This document shows, one piece after another, positions 12,026 through 25,752 of a stretch of DNA of 64,000 bases. Source of the DNA: Tubulanus polymorphus (taxonomy: Eukaryota; Animalia; Nemertea); the NCBI RefSeq assembly GCF_964204645.1, contig NC_134029.1, forward strand, positions 8,210,850 through 8,274,849, given 5' to 3'. A program made the position numbers and the translations under genes. The notes beneath the pieces were generated by a model. The model was not told the origin of the DNA. It made no database searches and saw nothing but the letters and a program-made list of their open reading frames with translations. Within the stretch, counting starts at the first letter, position 1; each line of letters opens with the position of its first letter.

Positions 12026-14939
12026 CTGGAACTAATGCGAGGTTCGCGGTGAAGGCGTAACTAAGGATTCCATCGTTGCTGAGATAATAGATTCTCATGC
12101 TAAATCTCCATCCCCCTCCGAAATCTCTAAAACCTGTGTCCCATCATGGATTATAGGGCTAAGATAAACCAGTTTAACCAATTCGTCTGTTTTTTTGACT
12201 TAGTATTCGTCCTTGTCTGTTCTCGAAACCTGTCTACGGAAATAACTCGCTCACACAATAATGTATATTGATGATACTGGTGTAGCGTAGACTCGTTGTG
12301 TGATAAGTGCCATTTCAATCAAAGACGAAACGTTTTGATACAATTTCCCGTCTAACGTTCCACATTTACGCAGAAATGACCGTAGTGATGAACAAGTTTG
12401 GTATTTTTTGCTGAAGATGTATTCCATGCTGAATATTGGTCTCATTGGCTTTTGGTGATGACGTCATTCATGCGGCAGCCTATGTTATGCTAATTAGCCA
12501 TATGGTGGATTGAGGCAGTATCACCATCTATTGATTCTTGGGCTTCCAAACGCGGCCCTTATTTTCGTACTACCTATCCGTGTGCCATCTTGATAGTGAC
12601 TGGGTCACTTTTGGGGGCTGAATATGTGTCTATGGTGGATACATATGTAAACCAAATATCAAGACATTACATTGAAGTGTCTATAAAACTAGCCAAAATA
12701 ACTGGATTCCGTCTACGGAGGAAAAGTGAATGCAATCCCACTGGGACGTAAGTCCCAAGTGGGCTAAAAAAAACTCGAGATCGAACCTACCCAGTAAGTC
12801 TGTCTTTCAGCTACTTAAAATCGTTAATGGTGGGTCAATCTTGAGAAACTTGGGTACAATGTTAGTATGGGGGTCTAGTTATGGAATGTAAAGAATGGGC
12901 CCAGTGCGCCACCGAGTGGCATAACTAGACACTAAAAACAAGTTCAACGACATAGGGCTCTTCATCATCCTCCTTGTCTTGAACTTGCAATTTTCTCAAC
13001 GAAGTCTCAAGGTTCACCGACCTCTTGTATTGATTTTGAGGGATGTAGCTGTATGTTCAGTTTGAGACATCCATAATTTTTGAAAATAAACTCAACATAG
13101 CACCATAAGGTATATGATGTTGAAATGCGATTTAACTGTGAGTCAAATGTTTGACCATTCCATGTGAAATAGTATGTATGAGTCAACGGAGGATGAAAAC
13201 GGCTGAGATTCCCGCGAAGTTCTGCTAATTCGAATCACGTTACTGCTAATCGGTATTCTTCGCGGAGACCACTTCTACTAATACGGTTAGGAATCAAGTT
13301 ATTTCCAGTACATCAACAGCAATCGCTAACAAACTGATGCCTGTCTCGGGTTTATTCTGAATTATACGCCGGAAAAATGGAACTGTAAATCTGTAGTTGT
13401 ATACGCTACACTATTACTGTTACGGCACGTAATAAACAGACTGGATTTCCTATACACTAGTCCCTTACGGAATCTTCAGATATTTGCATGAGAATCTTAT
13501 CATTAGAATCTTGTGATGCTGGAATCTGTAACTATTCTGGTGTATACGTAATTATGCACGCATATCGAATATGAGCGCTAATTGTGAACATGTATTGATA
13601 ATAGAATTTTAGGTTTCACACTTGTCGTCTAAATTGGATTTCCACGAGAGGTTCTAGGTAAAGACCAAGACCTATTCATATAGAGAATCATAGCTCGTCA
13701 CAGAATAATGTCATTTTTATGCACGTAGCTCGGTAAAAGTCGCAGATTATCTTAGATGAATATTGTGAAAAACACTACGGAAAATTTGAAATTTTTGAAA
13801 AATAAATGTTTTTCAACATAAGAAAAATTAAAATGTTTTTAACATAAGAATGTTAAAAGGATTTTTACCCGTAACCTGCATTACGGCATATATTACACAG
13901 TAGAGACATTTAGTTTTGTCGGATTCATTCGTTAGATTTGTCGGTTCAACGAGAAATTATTAAAATTGTTTGATTTCGATGTCGAACGGTTTTTGAAATT
14001 GCTTGTTAGTCGGTTGATGAATATATATATCGATATCAAGTACGTTTTCTAGTGTTTTAATCTGGTGAAAACCTCTCGAATACAAAATTGTTGCCAATTC
14101 AAACTATCGCCACATAAGTGAATTGGAAAATATTGGTTTCAATGTTGGATTGAGGTTTTTTGTTTCGACTCCTTAAAAACGGTATTTGGTATATGTTATA
14201 GCACCATGTGACTTTTAATACATTAACCCTTTCTGTAAATATGAAATAATTAGTATTCTCGGTCGATGGCTGATGATAAATACTTGGTCAACCTCGGTAT
14301 GTACATTTTGTGCATCTGTTAAAATACGGGGTGACCACTTACCTGGAAATCACGGGGAGTCAGGGAATTTCTTTTCTTTAAAAAAGTCTCGAAACATTCA
14401 GGGAATTTTGTAAAAATGCTTTAAGTCAGGGATAAGTCAGGTAAATTTGATTGTGAGCGCTAGATCGCGCGTAAAATCAAACAGTTTCCGTCTATGTTTA
14501 ATGTATTTGACTGTGTTAATTGATTGCATTCTTAGCAGATCAAGTCGGGGAAAACAACGTGCATGTCAGGGAAATAGTCAGGGAAAACTCAGCAAGTGAA
14601 ATAAAAGTAGCGCACACCCTTTAATGATAACATTTAATGATGATAACATTCATAAAGCGACGTTTGTGCGAAAGCAACCGCATTTTGCAAGTCTTATTGC
14701 GTAGGTTAGTCCACACCACGTGCAGCTTCCATTTATAGTCGGATCGGAAGGGTGAACTGAATATCGATTGCCATTTCAATTTCATTGAGAGAGTGGCTGA
14801 GTTACCAATAACAAGAGGTGCGTCATTAGGATCGACGAGGGGCATTGATGTGTAGACACGTAGTACGTATCAATCATAAGTGATATGATTTTGAATGTTT
14901 TCTGATGTCGTGTGGTTCAGACGGCCTCGGTCGGCTTAT

Positions 14940-15347
14940 AGCCGCGATCGCACGCAGACGATTTGACCCGGATCAGGCCCGAGTCAAATTTGGCCCTTGC
15001 CTAAATAGAGTGTTCGTTCATGCGTAAACCATTCACTCGATGCTAAACAATGCCTAAACAAACGGGTTTGGAATAAGTAACCAGACAAGTAGTACTTATA
15101 GGTTAACTATTTTATTTGACGCACGAGCTTTCACTACTAGTGTATAGTAGCTTCACCTGATTCATTAGTAGTGAAAGCTCGTGCGTCAAATAAATAGTTA
15201 ACCTATATAGTACTACTTGTCTCGTTATTTATTCCAAACCCGGTTAACACCGCTCGGACCTGGTCCGACGGGCCAAATAGACATGGGCCCATTTGGTACT
15301 AGTGCAAACATTTGTCCCGGGCCAAAAATGCTCATGTGATTGCGGCT
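14940..15347. mobile_element. AGCCGCGATCACAC-family Harbinger-like MITE, interrupted by a palindromic insertion
   Basis: TIR AGCCGCGATC..GATTGCGGCT, TAT target duplication, internal GGCCCAAATTTGG motifs. Confidence 0.85.
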
Positions 15348-18300
15348 TATTCCTCTGGCTCAACCGCTGTTCGACTCATGCCCGAGTCTCCTGAAGAGTC
15401 TAAACTGTTGATTGTTTTTGCGTGGACGGAAAGATTCAACGGGTTGATAGGTTTTTGATGACCGGCTAAGACGGCTTCGTCCCTGCGTGGCTTTCAATCT
15501 TCGTTTCGTCTGACACCGGCGAAGTGATAAATCGGATTTTCACGTGAACGCCCTTCGACATTCGTCAGCTCGTTCGCACTTTCCGTTCCGGATATGGCGC
15601 CGGATCGTATGAGTGCATGACCCAAAACCATTTTCTTGCGAGCGAACGAGTGAGTCCCCCGATACCTTGCCGTCGGACAGATAAGTCCGGCTTACAGTCC
15701 CGGTAGGTATGACCATTGTCGCAGTTGTTAACAACTAGCCGGTGTTTATTGTTATGAATCGATGGTGTAATAGACAGTTATTTACCTGGAGTCCATAGTT
15801 TTCGTTGAGTACGTTGATTGCACCGGGGACACTGGAAATAGCGAATATGACGGCTTGCTAAGATCATCAGGCAGAAGTTTGTTAACACATGAGACATGGG
15901 GTACAAGAGGAGCCTTCATAAGGTGCTAAGGCGCTGGAGCATTAGAAGAGACTGCTAGCTTCGATGCACGTTAGATCGACCAGTTAAGAGGACAGAATAT
16001 AGACTGTTGGTTCCCAAGCACATTCATGAAATTATCGAATAATAATAATAATAATGATAATAATAATAATAATAATTTTGATGATATTTTTAGAAAAATT
16101 AGAAATGAATATTGTGTCCATACTCAACAAAGCTCGTTGCTCCTTTCTCGAGTTGAAAAGCTCAATGTTCCTTTCACCGAGTTGAAAAGCTCATTGTTCC
16201 TTTTACCAATGAAAAGCTTGTTGCTCCTTTCACTTTTCACAAATTTTCAATTTGCCCTTTAAAAAGTTTTCAATAATTTGGGTTAAGATTTTTTTTTCGA
16301 AAATTTGGATAAAATTTTAAGTTTTTTTTTCGAAAATGCCAAGTAATCAATTCTCAAATGATTTATTCAGGTACCTGGGCACTTCATATTTACGATAGCT
16401 GCCCTTTTTTCGATAAATCATTAAGTGCCCTTTTTCCAGTGAAAAAGTGCCCTTTTTCTTGAAAAAGGGCACTTTTCTTGAAAAAGAAAAAGCTGCCCCT
16501 CAAAAAAGCTCGGCACGGGCTTGGTATTTAATATCATATCGCACCATTATCATGATCTATAAAATCTCAACCAGCTGTGAGATTTACACCAGACTCACGC
16601 GTTGCGCGGTGCTGCGCTCGGGCAGACCGACACGGAGAATCTCCGATATCGGGATTCAATTAAACCAGTATTATCAGATTGCGTATACAGGCCGTATCGT
16701 GGCCGATTTATAACGGGACAGAACATGATTTATTCGCGTCGAGGGAAATGTATCTGTAGATATAGTTCAAGCCAGTCGATGGTGTTAATGCGAGCTTTTC
16801 GGAGAGCTAATCCTTATTTGGAAAGCGGAAATGTTTCCGAAGTTATCATCCGAAGAGTTTTTTTAAATCTTAAAATAGGGATTGTCCCTGTTATTTATTT
16901 GGTTGGTAAATTTCGTTTGATTTTCTGATTGAGTGTCCCTTACAGACCCACCACACCTGCCGGGAGCGAAACAGGGGGTTTGATTTTGAAATCGGAAATC
17001 GAGTTACAGATATAAATGTGTGATAGGCAGTCGAGTTTACATATTTTTTTTTTTTTATTGAAGTACATGATTGGGAAATTCGGTTCGGGTTCATTCAAAA
17101 AATCTTCCAACCAGTCTGAACCGACAAGCGACTGATTGGGGTGAATTTTTCTGGCTGCCTAATTTAATACATCGAAATTTTGGAAATAGCAATATTACAA
17201 GGTTGAAGATCATTTGTCCATTTTTATATTCTTATGGTCGTTTATCTGTAGAGTTTTAGCGGGATACTGCCAAAAGTCTTTACTCCAACTTGAACCAGGA
17301 AAAGCTTCAAGCTTATGCCTTATTTCTATGATTCATCTTCGGCTAATTATTGTAGTTATCACGTTCCGTGAGATAGCTTTATTGATACCTGCAGTCTGTC
17401 TGCGGCGGGGTGATGTGAAACTACGCTCTTAGTTTGAGGGTTCAAGAGTAATCGACAACAGGCAGCCTCAAAAGATAAATCGTCTTTCACCATTTATTTT
17501 TTGATCATCATCATCAAGCCTTGAAGCTGTTGAAACTTTCACATATATATGTAGCAGTGTTTTCTGCTACAGGTTCTATGGGGCAGCCACCCCTTTCATT
17601 TTCACACCCACCCCCTGAAATCAGGCACCCCTTATTTCAATATCAGCTGCCTCTACCAGAAATAGATTATACCAAAAATTTAACTAAGATTTTCCGTATT
17701 TTTTGGGGGGATCGAAAGCCTTGCTGCTTCAGTAGCCATCATGATATACAATAAACAAAGGATATAGTCTCTTTCAAATTCCAGGATATGGAGAACAGTG
17801 ATGTACGTCTGCAAATGTACTCCCAGGATACTGGAAATTGCATTTATATTGCATTTATATATTGGAATTTGTATGATTATGTTTGCGATGAATAATCTCG
17901 GAGTATGTTTTTCATATATCTATTATATGTATAGTTTCTCATGGCGCACGTTAAAAAAAAGTTTTCCTCAGAGACCAGAACATATAAACTCAACTCGCAT
18001 TTTCCAATCTATGCTTAGTGGTTTGAAATTTAATGAAATCGCTCATTCATACTTCTAGCCGCTAAACTTTTTAAAAATGTTCTCTATCAAACGATCTGAT
18101 CCAAACAAACGTGCAGTGAGTTTTTTTTTATCTCTAGAAATTCTCGCTCGCGCGCGAGTGAAAGAAGAAAATGTTCGCTAATCGCTGTAGTGTTTGGCTT
18201 ATATATCGATGAAGGTTACTGCTGGTCTTTTCTTGTTAACGCCGAATATACTCGCAGAATATTGTTGGAACGAAATAAATTTACGGTTATGTTTTCGCAC

Positions 18301-18937
18301 GGCGCGCTCTGGAGTTTAATCAAACGTCGTAATCACGTTCGAAAATCGTGATTAATGGCGAATAAAAACTTATCAGTGTATAACCCTTGTAACGCGATAT
18401 TCACAGAATCAATCCCTCGAAGTGTTGCTGATGTGACGATGATTACCTTAACTGGGATGATAAATATCCGATCCGGGGACGGATACCGACGTGTTATGGA
18501 TCATTCGCCGATAATGATGATGCTTCCCGGCTGGCTAATCGGGATATCCGTCCTGCTTCTTACCATTATCATGGCCTCAGTTTCGCAACCTTTTTCAAAT
18601 GATTTTGATAACTCGAATACGCATGTCATAATCGGAAGCAAATGATTTGTTCGTTTACGTTCGCGCGTCCGGGCTCGAGCCTTCTTTTTAACTTGGTTGA
18701 AATTGACGGTGCCTTCGAGTGATTTCTGTTGATATGACGAAGGTCTCAGTAAATGAACGTATTCGATATACATGTATTTAAGTTGTAATAGTTGTAAGTG
18801 TAACGCGTCTGCTTCACACATCTTATGGAGATAACTAAACTTTTTTGGGGGAGGACCATCTACCTGGAAATCAGGGAAATGTCGGAGAACTTTTTAAGAT
18901 AGTCAGGGAATTTTCCAAAAAAAGAAAAAGCCGTTAA

Positions 18938-19225
18938 CCCTTTCAGTGCTGGCTAATCAATACCCTATAGTGCTGAAGATAATTTGAAAATTCTGAAAAA
19001 TTCCACCCTAGTGTGTTGAATAACGGGAAACGCACTATAGTGCGTCTACACCACGGTGCAGTGTATCATTAGTTACTAATATTTCACTATGTTTGACCGA
19101 TGCTGCCATATTTCAAGAGAGATAATTAGTAATTACTAATTAAATCAATACACCACCGTGCGGTGTACTAGCAAATTCGATCACTGATTCGTACACCGTA
19201 CTGCAGTGTAGACGCACTGAAAGGG
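18938..19225. mobile_element. piggyBac-like MITE
   Basis: TTAA|CCCTTTCAGTGC..GCACTGAAAGGG|TTAA, with internal TACACCGCACTGCGGTGTA-like palindromes. Inserted into a CAGGG-type MITE (~18848-19431). Confidence 0.9.
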
Positions 19226-19740
19226 TTAAACAGGGAAAACTTTGTTGATATTTCTATAGATGGTGGCTAAAATCAAGCAGTTTCCATCTATGTATTACGT
19301 ATTTAACTGTTAATTGATTGGATTCTTGAGTAGATTGAGTCAGAAAACAACAGACATATAATGTCAGGCAACGCCGTACATGTCAGGGAATAGTAAGGGA
19401 AAAAGAAGAAGAAAAAAAAACGACCACCCTGATATCGGATAGCAAACATTTTATGTTTATAAAACGAACCCCTTTTCGCGGCTTAAAATTCTCACTTTCA
19501 TTGTACGAAAAAACCATATATCAGAAAATTAATTTAGGGGCTATGAGAACTGGGTCTCGTGGAATAATGAATGCAGAACGATATCTCTTTTCACTGTACG
19601 CGCGTTTTAAAGACCAGAATTTGATTCAATGCCACCTGAACTTGACTTGTGTCATGATCAAAAAACATTAATAACGTATATCTCCTGTGTATTTTCTTAT
19701 AAGTATATATAGGTCTAGCGAATTTAATGTATCGTTTTAG

Positions 19741-20260
19741 TAGTGGTGGATCCAGAGGCCGATATTGAAGAATTTGTCATATGGCAAAAGGATACTGATG
19801 TCCAAAAAGATAATATTATGTGTATTCCTGCACTGAATGGCCATTTGAAGAACTTGTCACATCGCAAAAGGACACTGATGTCCAAAAGGACACTGATGTC
19901 CAAAAAGACGATATTATGTGTATTCCCACACTGAGGGGCCATTTGAAGAACTTGTCACATCACAAAAAGATGCTGATGTCTAAAAAGACAATAGTATGTG
20001 TATTCCCGCACTGAGGGGACATTTGAAGAACTTGTCACATCGCGAAAGGACATGTGTCCAAAAAGACAATATTATGTTTACTCCCGCACTGAGGTTTTAG
20101 AAGTTTTCATATCTCAAAAAGGCACTCCTCAAAGGCAATATTAGGGGTACCACCGCACTGAAATGATCAATTCTATTTGTTGACATAGTCGAAAAGAGCA
20201 CTCAAAAAAAAATTTGATGGACTTTTAAAAGTCTCGCGAGTCCCCCTGGATCGGCCCCTT
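19741..20260. mobile_element. CAGGGGCGGATCCAG-type element containing an ~80 bp minisatellite (19767-20160, ~5 units)
   Basis: Ends TAGTGGTGGATCCAG / CTGGATCGGCCCCT; unit gaagaacttgtcacatcgcaaaaggacactgatgtccaaaaagac..cactga. Relatives at ~132-386, 10190-10270, 40264-40452, 41158-41689, 48800-49072. Confidence 0.75.
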
Positions 20261-21503
20261 GTATCAGCGGCCTGTTCAGTCCACTCTTCAGATAAAACCA
20301 GATCAAACTCATTTCATAGATTTGTTAGGTTTGTTTGTCATGCCAGGTTTTTGCTAACCAGGACCCAGTTCCACAGTTGTGAGTTAGGGTTAACTCTTGA
20401 GTTGAAATTAGTTCATTTTCAATTAGTAATCTCTGAGTCAAATCTTAACACAGAACTGTGGAACCGGGTCCCGAGTACTAGTTCAATATAGAACGTCCGT
20501 CGTAATGTATATTGTTATGGCAGGCTGTTATTGTGCACGGTGGATCTACGCGATTATCTAAACACCCGTAAATAAAGTCGAGCCGCTTGGTTTTTAATCC
20601 TGCGTATGAAGAAAGCTCATTAAAGGTCAATTTGCCGTGAATTATTATGTGTAACAGAAGGACATGTCTCGCAAGGTCGTTCGGCTTAGTCGTTTGGCAA
20701 ATTGGTTTTTCATTAAGCAGATTAATAGCGAATACGTTTGATAATCATATATACCCCTCGTTTAATCACCGATGGCCGAAAAAGTTCCCGAAATAAGTAC
20801 GTACGTCTTCATTGCCGGCCGTAATTATGCCGTAAAAAGACCCATCGCGGCGTAAAAATACTCGACACTTATGCCTTAGAAAGAAATCGGCGTGCTTAGT
20901 TAATTTGATTCGGCTGTTAGATAAATCAAATTCGTACTCTATAGAGTTTGAACTTTACCCTATATAGAAACCAGCAGCCAACAACTTTAATCGCTACGCC
21001 TCGCGGGCACGTGATTGGCCCGACTATTGTCTATGGATTAAGCCGTGTTTCTTGCGCTGATGAATTCTGGAATTTGTCTTTAGGTTCGTCGCAACCAGTC
21101 GATGAACGTACGTCGCAAAGCGAATTATTCGGTGAAATTTGCCGTGAATCATTGTAACGCTAGGTAAATTGTCTGTTCCGATAGGGTAAACGGTGGTCTG
21201 ACTGACCATTATCATTTCGGTACGTTATAATTATCGTAATTATAGTTAACCGTCCTTCCGAAATCCCGGAACGTTAACCCTGTATTGTTTGTTCGCCGTT
21301 GTATGAACAGTAGTGAACAAATCTGTAATATTCATAAGCTGGAATATTCAGTAATACATTGTTTTGTAATATTTATTGCCATATTTGTCAGCTTTCAACT
21401 GGAACGTCTTTTTTATTACATATAAGTCGCGTATTAATTCTGTGATTACCATTGATAACTGACAAATGATATATTCAGAGTGGCCACTGACCTTAATAAC
21501 CAG

Positions 21504-21763
21504 GGGCCAGTTGCACAGTCATGACTTAAAATTAAGACCAACTTAAGTCAATAGTTGGTCTTAGCCATTTATTTTGGTCTTAACTAAGTTGGTCTATTCT
21601 ACCTGTTGCAGAAACAGGTCTTAGCACTAGTCTCAGTTAAGACCAACTTAAGACTAACTTGAAAAAATTCAAAATGGCTGACCATTCAGATCAAACAAGT
21701 GTGGCCAGTGCCAGTGGTAAAATTCAACGAAAAAGGTCTATTAACCTTACGAGCGATGAAACA
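21504..21763 (+). pseudogene. 5' fragment of a Harbinger element with the start of a Myb/SANT-like ORF
   Basis: CAG|GGGCCAGTTGCACAGTCATGACTTAA terminus shared with the 11755-12025 MITEs, then aaaATGGC at 21674 encoding MADHSDQTSVASASGKIQRKRSINLTSDET. Confidence 0.5.
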
Positions 21764-23309
21764 TCAGGAAAATCAGAGTCATTAAAATCTTTAAAGATTT
21801 GGCGAAAACTCATGGAATTCAACAAATTTTGCAAAACACCTGGAATTTGGATATGTTATTGACTATGCGTTTCTTTGTCAAGACGTGATTCGTGAATGAA
21901 TTGTAACATTCTAAACTAATATATTCCTCGGATTCCCGGATTTTGACCTCGGCTGTATAAGAACGCTCGCGTGGTAATTCTTAAAACGGTTGCGATCATC
22001 GTGCATCCTCTTGTATTCTATCAATCTCTCCCGCGCGCGTCCCCGTTCGCATAACTACTATTGATTATTCGTCCGCGGAACGGTTGGTTATCATATTTCT
22101 CCACGTCGCGTTGTCCCCGGCAGGGAACGGCGCCTTCGGTTCGCTTTTTTATGCATGACTGACGTGCCGTCGAGTAGATCCGTAATTAACGGAAGACAAG
22201 AGCAGCAACCGGGTCTTTCATGACGGTCCGTCACGAGTCAACAGCTGTACGTGATGCGACCACGAATATAAGCCGCAATCACACACGATCATATTATTAT
22301 TGGCTTGTGCCAAATGGGTCCGGAATAACTGTTCATACTGGCGCAAAATGGGTCTGTGCGTGTTTGTGACCAGGCCTGAGCTAAATTTTATCACGGGTCA
22401 ATTCAATGCTTGTGAATTGCTACTGATTCTGGAAGTTACTCATTTTGTTTAAGCATTTTTTAGTATGGAGTGAGTGGTTTACATGTGAACGTGCTCAGCA
22501 CGGGCAAATTTGATCTGATCTGGGCCAAGTACTTAGCTTTCATCAACTTTCACTTCATACTGATAAGTACTCATCCTGTGTCAATTTCTTTATAAAACTT
22601 ATTTCATTCTTCAAAAAGTGTGTCCACTTTTTTCAGCTGAATGGGGTCAATGATAATCATCTACATTTTCCTCTAATGAATGCGACCCAAATTCCATTTT
22701 TGGCTTGACTTTCAAGATACGTTTTCATTTATTATCACTTTTTTTCAAAAATTCATGTAACTAGAAAAATATTTCCCCCCTTATTGATAAACTATCGACA
22801 ATATTCATAAATTCCTAAATCAATGGTGAAAAATCGAAACATTTGCATAAATGTTTTTTGGGTTTATGACACTTATATTTTGGGCAAAAAATAAGCCAGA
22901 TTAGAAGTTCTTTCCTTTTGAAAACTTTGTGAAAAAAATTCCCATAAATCATAGCCATTTGAAAATTTTGCAAATAACCAATTAAACGAGCACATTTCAT
23001 TTATTCCCCCATATAACCATCCATTTTGCCATTGTATTTGCACCATGGCAGGTTTTCATTACAGTTACATCGCGAATGTGCATCAGTGATAGATCTGTTG
23101 GATTTGATATCCTTATCTGTCGACCACCATATCGAAATATAAAATACAATCTGACATCAGAAGTGATACGATAGAGACATTATGTAAATGTTTATGTTTT
23201 GTTAGATAGAAATGTAAAAAAGAGAGTGCTAATCGTATGGAGCAAATCTACAAGACTCGACAAAAAGACAATTCATTGAATTTCAAATAAATGTTAGCAT
23301 TTTCTACAA

Positions 23310-23639
23310 CATGGTCGCCACATTACGGGGAAATTGGGAAATGTTTGGGAATTTGAGAAATCTTTCTCTAATCGGGGAAATATTTGGGATAGTCGTTTTC
23401 ATTTTGTGTATTACATTTGCCAAGGACAACTTTCTTCAGCGATTTCTCTTGAAAGTCATCTTTATGAACCAGTCACCACTAAAATATTGACTGTAGTACA
23501 CTGGTATCCCGTTACTATGATGATATATCTGTTCATTGTTACGAAGGCCCCATTTTCCAGTTGGGGACATTGAAAAATCAACCATGAAATACTTGGAAAA
23601 ACTTGCCAATTGTTAATTCGTGTTACTGTGGGAAACAAG
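23310..23639. mobile_element. CATGGTTCCCAC-family MITE with 6-bp TSD
   Basis: Degenerate TIRs, CTACAA duplicated on both sides. Homologous to 37599-37929. Confidence 0.78.
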
Positions 23640-24316
23640 CTACAAGATTTAGATGCCTAGAAGAAACATTGCTGTATATATTATTCTCTCGTTTGTTTTG
23701 CACGGATATTGTGTACCTTCTCGACTGACTACAACCAACCCCCTTTGCCCTTGACACTGGTTTGCTACCCGTTGATTATGCGTGTGAAACCTTTCCTTTC
23801 TGTTCCCGATACGAATATATCTCTTTTGATTGTCTTTCTCGCCATCCCTGATTCGTAGGCGTTCGCATCTCGGCGAGAGAAGGCGTTTCGGATTTTATTT
23901 ACGGTAAAAGCAGCAACCCCGTGGAACCATCACGAAACAAACACCGAGATGGAGTCGTTCGTCGCTCGGGGAATGAACACGCACATGCAGATTATCCGGG
24001 TCAAATAAACAGGCTCAGTGGGAGGAAATTGTCATCGCGCGAGGTGTCACTTCGTACTTTTTTCAACGCGGCGAAGAGACCACATTCTGACATTGCCAGA
24101 TCCCTTCGACGCGATCGTGATTTATATTGGTATCGATCGTGCTCTATCCAATTATTAATTGAGATGATGTCCTCGCGAAATGAATTGAACTGTTCCCACC
24201 AGCTGCAAATTAGCCTAGTGACTGTATTATATACATTACATATCTAAGATTAAGATTCAGCCTGATGAGTGAGGGTGGGGGAGTAATCATCCTAGTGACA
24301 CAAGTTTGTAGATGAA

Positions 24317-24586
24317 CAGGGTAGCCACTTAACTGGAAAGCAGGGAAAGTCAGGGAATTATCTTTAAAAGAGTCAGGGAATTTTATTAAAAAAATGCTTA
24401 AAATCAGGGTCATTTGTTTGCTAGATTGCATGTAAAATCAAAAAGTTTCTGTCTATGTCTTACATATTTGACTGTGTTAATTGATTGGATTCTTAACAGA
24501 TCGAGTCGGGGAAAACAACGTGCATGTCGGGGAATAGTCTAGGATAATTCAGCGAAGAAGCAAGTCAAATAAAAGTGGCCACCCTG
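24317..24586. mobile_element. CAGGGTGGCCACTT-family MITE (hAT-like termini)
   Basis: TIRs CAGGGTAGCCACTT / AAGTGGCCACCCTG, internal GTCAGGGAA repeats, ATGAA on both flanks. Other copies at ~14327-14620, 18848-19431, 30576-30834, 50367-50600, 54995-55270. Confidence 0.8.
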
Positions 24587-24664
24587 ATGAATAAGCGTTG
24601 ATGATAATCTAATGTATCTCCCAGTCCTTAAACATCTGGGCCCGGTTTAATCGACTGTTATTAA

Positions 24665-25752
24665 AGGCCGAGGAGCAGTATAAAAGCCCAATCAATGTCA
24701 AAGATGGCAGTACCCATGAAGCAATAGTGCAGTGGAGAGCTCCAACGGTTGAAACTGGAAATCTCCTATTTTCTCTGTCAGTTATCCGATTTGGACCCTC
24801 CTTTTTGTCAGACATATGTATTAACCCTTTCAGTGCGTCTACACCGCAGTGCGGTGTATAAATCAGTGATGGATTTTGCTAGTACACCGCACTGCGGTGT
24901 ATTGATGTAATTAGTAATTTGTAATTATCTCTATTGAAAAATGGCAGCAAGTGTCAAACATAGTGAAATAATAGTAACTAACGATACACCGCACTGCGGT
25001 GTAGACGCACTATAGTGGTATTCCCATTGTTCAACACACTAGGGTGGAATTTTTGAGAATTTTCAAATTTTCTCCAGCACTATAGGGTATTAATTAGTCA
25101 GCACTGTGTTAATGTGTAATGTATTCATTTCTGCAGTCAAAAATGTGTTTTAGGTCCTCCTCTATGAGAAATTAAGCTTTTTAGTTGGTATTTCCTTCAA
25201 AATTTGAATCTTTGAATGACATAGAGGGAGGAGTTATCCAGTGAATTAGTGTAGCTCACAGAGCACATGAACAGTAATTTGATACCTATAGTCATCAGTA
25301 TACACAAACAAAACATAGCCTCATTCATAGTACCAAAATTTGGCAACATCAAAACTTTTTCTATGGTCAATGGATCAGTCTGAAATTTCGTACACTTGTT
25401 TAGCTATCTACCATCAATGTTGTGTCCAAATTTCATGGAAATCGGATAAAAATTAATGATTTTCAAAAAATTTGAAATGTCTCTAAAATCTTTAATCTTG
25501 GCCCTATCTCTTCAAAAAAAGATCGCTAGCATCAGATTTTCATTCCCACTATGACTAGATTACTTAAAATTAGTTTAGAACTTGATATGAAAACTTTTAT
25601 GAATTTGTCAAATTTAACTGTGCGTGACCTACTTTTCTGTTGTGAGCCAACCTTGCTCACTCTAAACATTATAAACAAGATACTGTAGTTAGTGGGATGG
25701 CCGATCTCAAGTGTTTGCCACCCGGTTAACTAGCATCCATACTCCTCGGCCT
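24665..25752. mobile_element. Kolobok-like non-autonomous element
   Basis: TTAA|AGGCCGAGGAG ... CTCCTCGGCCT|TTAA (TTAA target with RR..YY termini). Confidence 0.7.

Noticed and set aside
16360-16376. Recursive splice site (tttattcAG|GTACCT); similar at 42810-42823 and 54990-55003
   Set aside because: The donor halves are weak and two of the three lie within repeats; cannot be supported without nascent RNA data.
19767-20160. CRISPR-like array
   Set aside because: Whole ~80-bp units repeat with no unique spacers; eukaryotic minisatellite inside a MITE. The same applies to 9122-9450.
24262-24300. Further CTGATGA hammerhead cores (also 10579 and 42742)
   Set aside because: No stem II followed by GAAA.
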